In this document: positions 60,948 through 64,000 of the stretch, piece by piece
Numbering within the stretch: position 1 is the first letter of the stretch
Layout of the letters: the number at the start of each line of letters is the position of its first letter
Assembly: GCA_034520565.1 (NCBI GenBank)
Contig: JAXHNL010000002.1
Location: 224,001-288,000 of the forward strand
DNA from: Halodesulfurarchaeum sp.
GTDB taxonomy: Archaea > Halobacteriota > Halobacteria > Halobacteriales > Halobacteriaceae
Length of the DNA: 64,000 bases
Reading direction: 5' to 3'
The notes under the pieces: model-generated
Seen by the model: only the letters and a program-made list of their open reading frames with translations
Database searches by the model: none
What the model was told of the DNA's origin: nothing
Program-made: the position numbers and the translations under genes

Positions 60948-61286
60948 CCCAGTACCCGTCCCGTAATATCGGTTCTGGGTGTTCCAGGCCTGATTATAGG
61001 TGTTTCAGGCCCATCATCTGAACGCTACTCGTGATGCATCCAGCATGGTCTTCGTCCCACGGGCGTGGTCGGGAACGACGTTCTCGATATTGGATCGAGG
61101 AAAACGGAAAACCGCGGAGGGTCGGTAATCCGGGGACGATCGCCAAGCCGGCTCACTCCACAATCGGTAGTTCGACGACGAACACGCGTCCAGTTGTGCC
61201 GGCTTGGTTTCGAGTTGCTGACGGTATCGTTCCCGTTCGGTATCATCCGGAAGGTGGACTTCTCTCCCCGTCACGAGAAAACCAGT

Positions 61287-62881
61287 ATGATCGGCGATCG
61301 GTGGCGATACGTGGGGCTTGGCCTCCTCCTCGGGACTCTCGTCTGGGTCGTCGACGCCGCACTCGACGCCACCGTGTTTCTCAACGGCGGGTTTCTCGAC
61401 TTCCTTCTCTTTGACGTCCCGCCACACGAGCTGTATATCAGGTCGCTCATCCTCGTGGTGTTTGTGACGGCTGGTGCACTCTCTGGCACCCAGATCGAGC
61501 GGATCCAGGAGCGAAACCGAGAACTCGCACTGTTTCGAACCCTCCTCGATGAGGCCAACGACGCGGTGTTCGTCATCGACCCCGAGACCGGCCAGTTCGT
61601 CGACGCGAACGAAACTGCCGCGACGCGTTTGGGATACGAGCCCGAGGAATTCCTCGAAATGGGCGTCTGGGACATCGATCCGGCCTACGAGAATCGAGAG
61701 GAGTACCGCGAGTACCTCCAAGCCCGAGAAGAACCGCGCTCTCGGATCGAGACCGTCCACGAGCGGGCCGACGGCAGCACGGTTCCCGTGGAGATCAGCG
61801 CCGAAACCGTCTCGATCGAGGGCGAACAGTACCGGATCGCCATCTGTCGGGACGTCTCCGGGGTGAAAGAGCGGGAACGGGAGCGGGAGGAGGCCCTCGA
61901 AACCTACCGGGGCTCTTCGACGGTATCAACGACGCCGTCTTCGTCCACGACATGGACGGCCAGTTCCTCGCCGTCAATGACGCCGCCGTCGACCGCCTCG
62001 GGTACGACGAGGAAACGCTTCTCTGGATGGACGTCAGCGAGATCGATTCGCCGATGGAAGCGGGCAAATTCGTGGGGCGCGTGGCACGCCTCGAGGAGTC
62101 GGGGTCGGTCACCTTCGAAACGAGCCACGTCCCCGAAGACGGCACGGAAATTCCGGTCGAGGTGACTGCCAGTCTGGTCGAGTACTTCGGCCAGCCGGCC
62201 GTCCTGAACGTGGCACGGGACATCGCCGATCGAAAGACCCACGAGCGGGCCCTCGAGCACGAAAACGAGCGCTTAGAGGAGTTCGCGAGCATCGTCTCAC
62301 ACGACCTCCGGAACCCGCTCACCGTCGCTGAGGGACGGATCGAACTCGCCCGGGAGACGAGCGAGGACGAACACCTCGCGACCGCCGCGGAGGCACTCGA
62401 ACGCAGCCAGCGGCTGATCGAGGACGTCCTCGAGCTCGCCCGCGAGGGCGAGCCGATCGGCGATCTCGAGCCCGTCGAAGTGGGGGCGATTGAGGAAACC
62501 GCCTGGGGACACGTGGCCAAAAACGGCGGAAACCTCGTCGTCGAGGCCGACGGAACGATCGTCGCCGACGCGAGTCGGCTCCAGCAACTTTTCGAGAACC
62601 TGCTCAGGAACGCCGTCGAGCACACGGACGGAGCCGTCACCGTGACGGTCGGAGACCTCAAGAACGGGTTTTACGTCGTGGACGACGGGCCGGGCATTCC
62701 CGAAGCCGACCGCGAATCGATCTTCGACGTGGGATTTTCGACCGGCGAGGGGAGTACCGGACTGGGACTGAACATCGTCTCCCAGATCGCGAATGCGCAC
62801 GGCTGGGAGATCGTCGTGACCGACAGCGAGACGGGTGGCACCCGATTCAAGTTCACCGGGATCGAACGGCCCGAGGCCTGA
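61287..62881 (+). pseudogene. Membrane-anchored PAS-PAS histidine kinase, frameshifted at about 61910 (possibly a sequencing error)
   Basis: 2 TM helices plus PAS in one frame; PAS-HisKA-HATPase in the next; adding one base at GGGG 61909-61912 restores TYRxLFDGIND. Confidence 0.85.
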
Positions 62882-62997
62882 CCCGTCGGGTCTCGAACCG
62901 GCCGGCGTGCCGACTCGCCGTCGTCCCGTGACTCGGCACCCGGAGGGGAGATCGACCGTTCGGAAAGGTTCACCTCGCGGGCCGACGTAGGGGAACT

Positions 62998-63393
62998 ATG
63001 GTGCCCAACCGGCAGATCGACGCCGTGGCCGTCGGCCTCGCGGCGATTCCGCTCCTCGCTGCGTTTCTCGTCTGGGCCGACCTGCCCCCGGAGATGGCGA
63101 TCCACTGGGGCCCCGGCGGACCCGACACGTTCGTCGCCAAGCCACTCGCCACGGTCGGTCTCTTTGCGTTCGGTATCGCCACGATCGCTTTTGTCAGACT
63201 CGCGCCGAATTCGCTCACCAGCACGCCGGGTGGCACGAATCCCACCGTGCTCTTTCTCGGGTTCGTGTTCGCCTGGGTCGAGGGAATGGTGGTCGTCTGG
63301 AACCTCGGGGTGCACTTCCCGGTCGAACTCGCCGTCGTGCCGATTCTGGTCTTTGCCGGAGTGCTGGTGGCCTATTCGTACTGGTGGCAGTGA
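62998..63393 (+). CDS. DUF1648-type membrane protein
   Basis: LPPEMAIHWGPGGPD motif; 4 TM helices. Confidence 0.8.
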   Translation: MVPNRQIDAVAVGLAAIPLLAAFLVWADLPPEMAIHWGPGGPDTFVAKPLATVGLFAFGIATIAFVRLAPNSLTSTPGGTNPTVLFLGFVFAWVEGMVVVWNLGVHFPVELAVVPILVFAGVLVAYSYWWQ

Positions 63394-63445
63394 CTCCGAC
63401 CACGCGAACGACACGTAGATACGTTCCCCACCCCCAGCCACCCGC

Positions 63446-64000
63446 ATGGAGGTGGCGCTCGTCATCCTCGACGGGTGGGGACTCGGCGACCACGACCGGC
63501 TGAACGCGGTCGAGGCCGCAGCGACTCCCACGTTCGACCGGTACTGGGAAACGGGCGCCACGGGAACCCTCCGGACCGACGGCCCGACTGTCGGGCTGCC
63601 GGAGGGACGCATGGGAAACAGCGAAGTGGGCCATCTCACCATCGGAGCCGGAGGGCCGCTCGATCAACCCGCCCTGCGGATCGATCGCCAGATCGAGGCC
63701 GGGGATTTCTGTGACAATGACGCCCTCGAGGCCGCCTTCGACGCCGCCGCGGAGCGGGGTGGACGGGTCCACCTGCTCGGTCTGGTAAGCGACGCCGGGG
63801 TTCACGCCCATCAGGAGCACGTCCACACGCTGATCGAGTGTGCCGCCGAACGGGGGCTCGAAGCCGTCACTCACGCGTTCACGGACGGCCGGGATACGGA
63901 CCCGACCGCGGGTCGAGAGTTCGTCGCGGAGCTCGAGTCGGCTGTCGAGCGATTCGGGACGGGCACCGTGGCGACTGTCTCGGGACGGTACTACGGGATG
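63446..64000 (+). CDS. gpmI: 2,3-bisphosphoglycerate-independent phosphoglycerate mutase (5' part, runs off the window; not in the ORF track)
   Basis: MEVALVILDGWG, VGLPEGRMGNSEVGH, LVSDAGVH, HAFTDGRD, SGRYYGM. Confidence 0.93.
   Translation, partial: MEVALVILDGWGLGDHDRLNAVEAAATPTFDRYWETGATGTLRTDGPTVGLPEGRMGNSEVGHLTIGAGGPLDQPALRIDRQIEAGDFCDNDALEAAFDAAAERGGRVHLLGLVSDAGVHAHQEHVHTLIECAAERGLEAVTHAFTDGRDTDPTAGREFVAELESAVERFGTGTVATVSGRYYGM

Noticed and set aside
21240-61912. Programmed frameshifting or phase variation at the three broken genes
   Set aside because: Runs are only 2-4 nt with no slippery heptamer; three unrelated, otherwise intact genes point to sequencing indels

Overview
GC-rich haloarchaeal (Halobacteria) chromosome segment, judged from acidic proteins, a tandem-fold histone, PitA, RbkR/RibK and the A-type ATPase. 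Most of it is core genome: the A1AO ATP synthase operon (atpH-I-K-E-C-F-A-B, then atpD), argS, aRF1, a MinD paralogue, RPA, histone, CCA-adding enzyme, TYW1, ribK/ribB, ETF, IdsA, a KaiC-like ATPase, NAD kinase, MptA, a volactin-type actin, the start of gpmI and four tRNAs (Arg-GCG, Asn-GTT, Ile2-CAT, Ile-GAT). Accessory content is an MFS plus a BtuF/FecB-type ABC importer, an ECF vitamin importer and four PAS-rich sensor kinases. I found no CRISPR array, transposase or integrase. The most unusual signals are non-coding: (1) nested palindromic elements behind three tRNA genes, each built from alternating inverted/direct copies of the adjacent tRNA's own 3' end and sharing a 21-mer and an 11-nt hairpin cap; (2) a structured leader with a switchable anti-Shine-Dalgarno before the ECF S-component (riboswitch-like); (3) candidate operators for RbkR and a DtxR/SirR-type regulator. 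Three genes carry single-base frameshifts at G/C runs, probably sequencing errors. All calls come from reading the sequence; no database searches were run.
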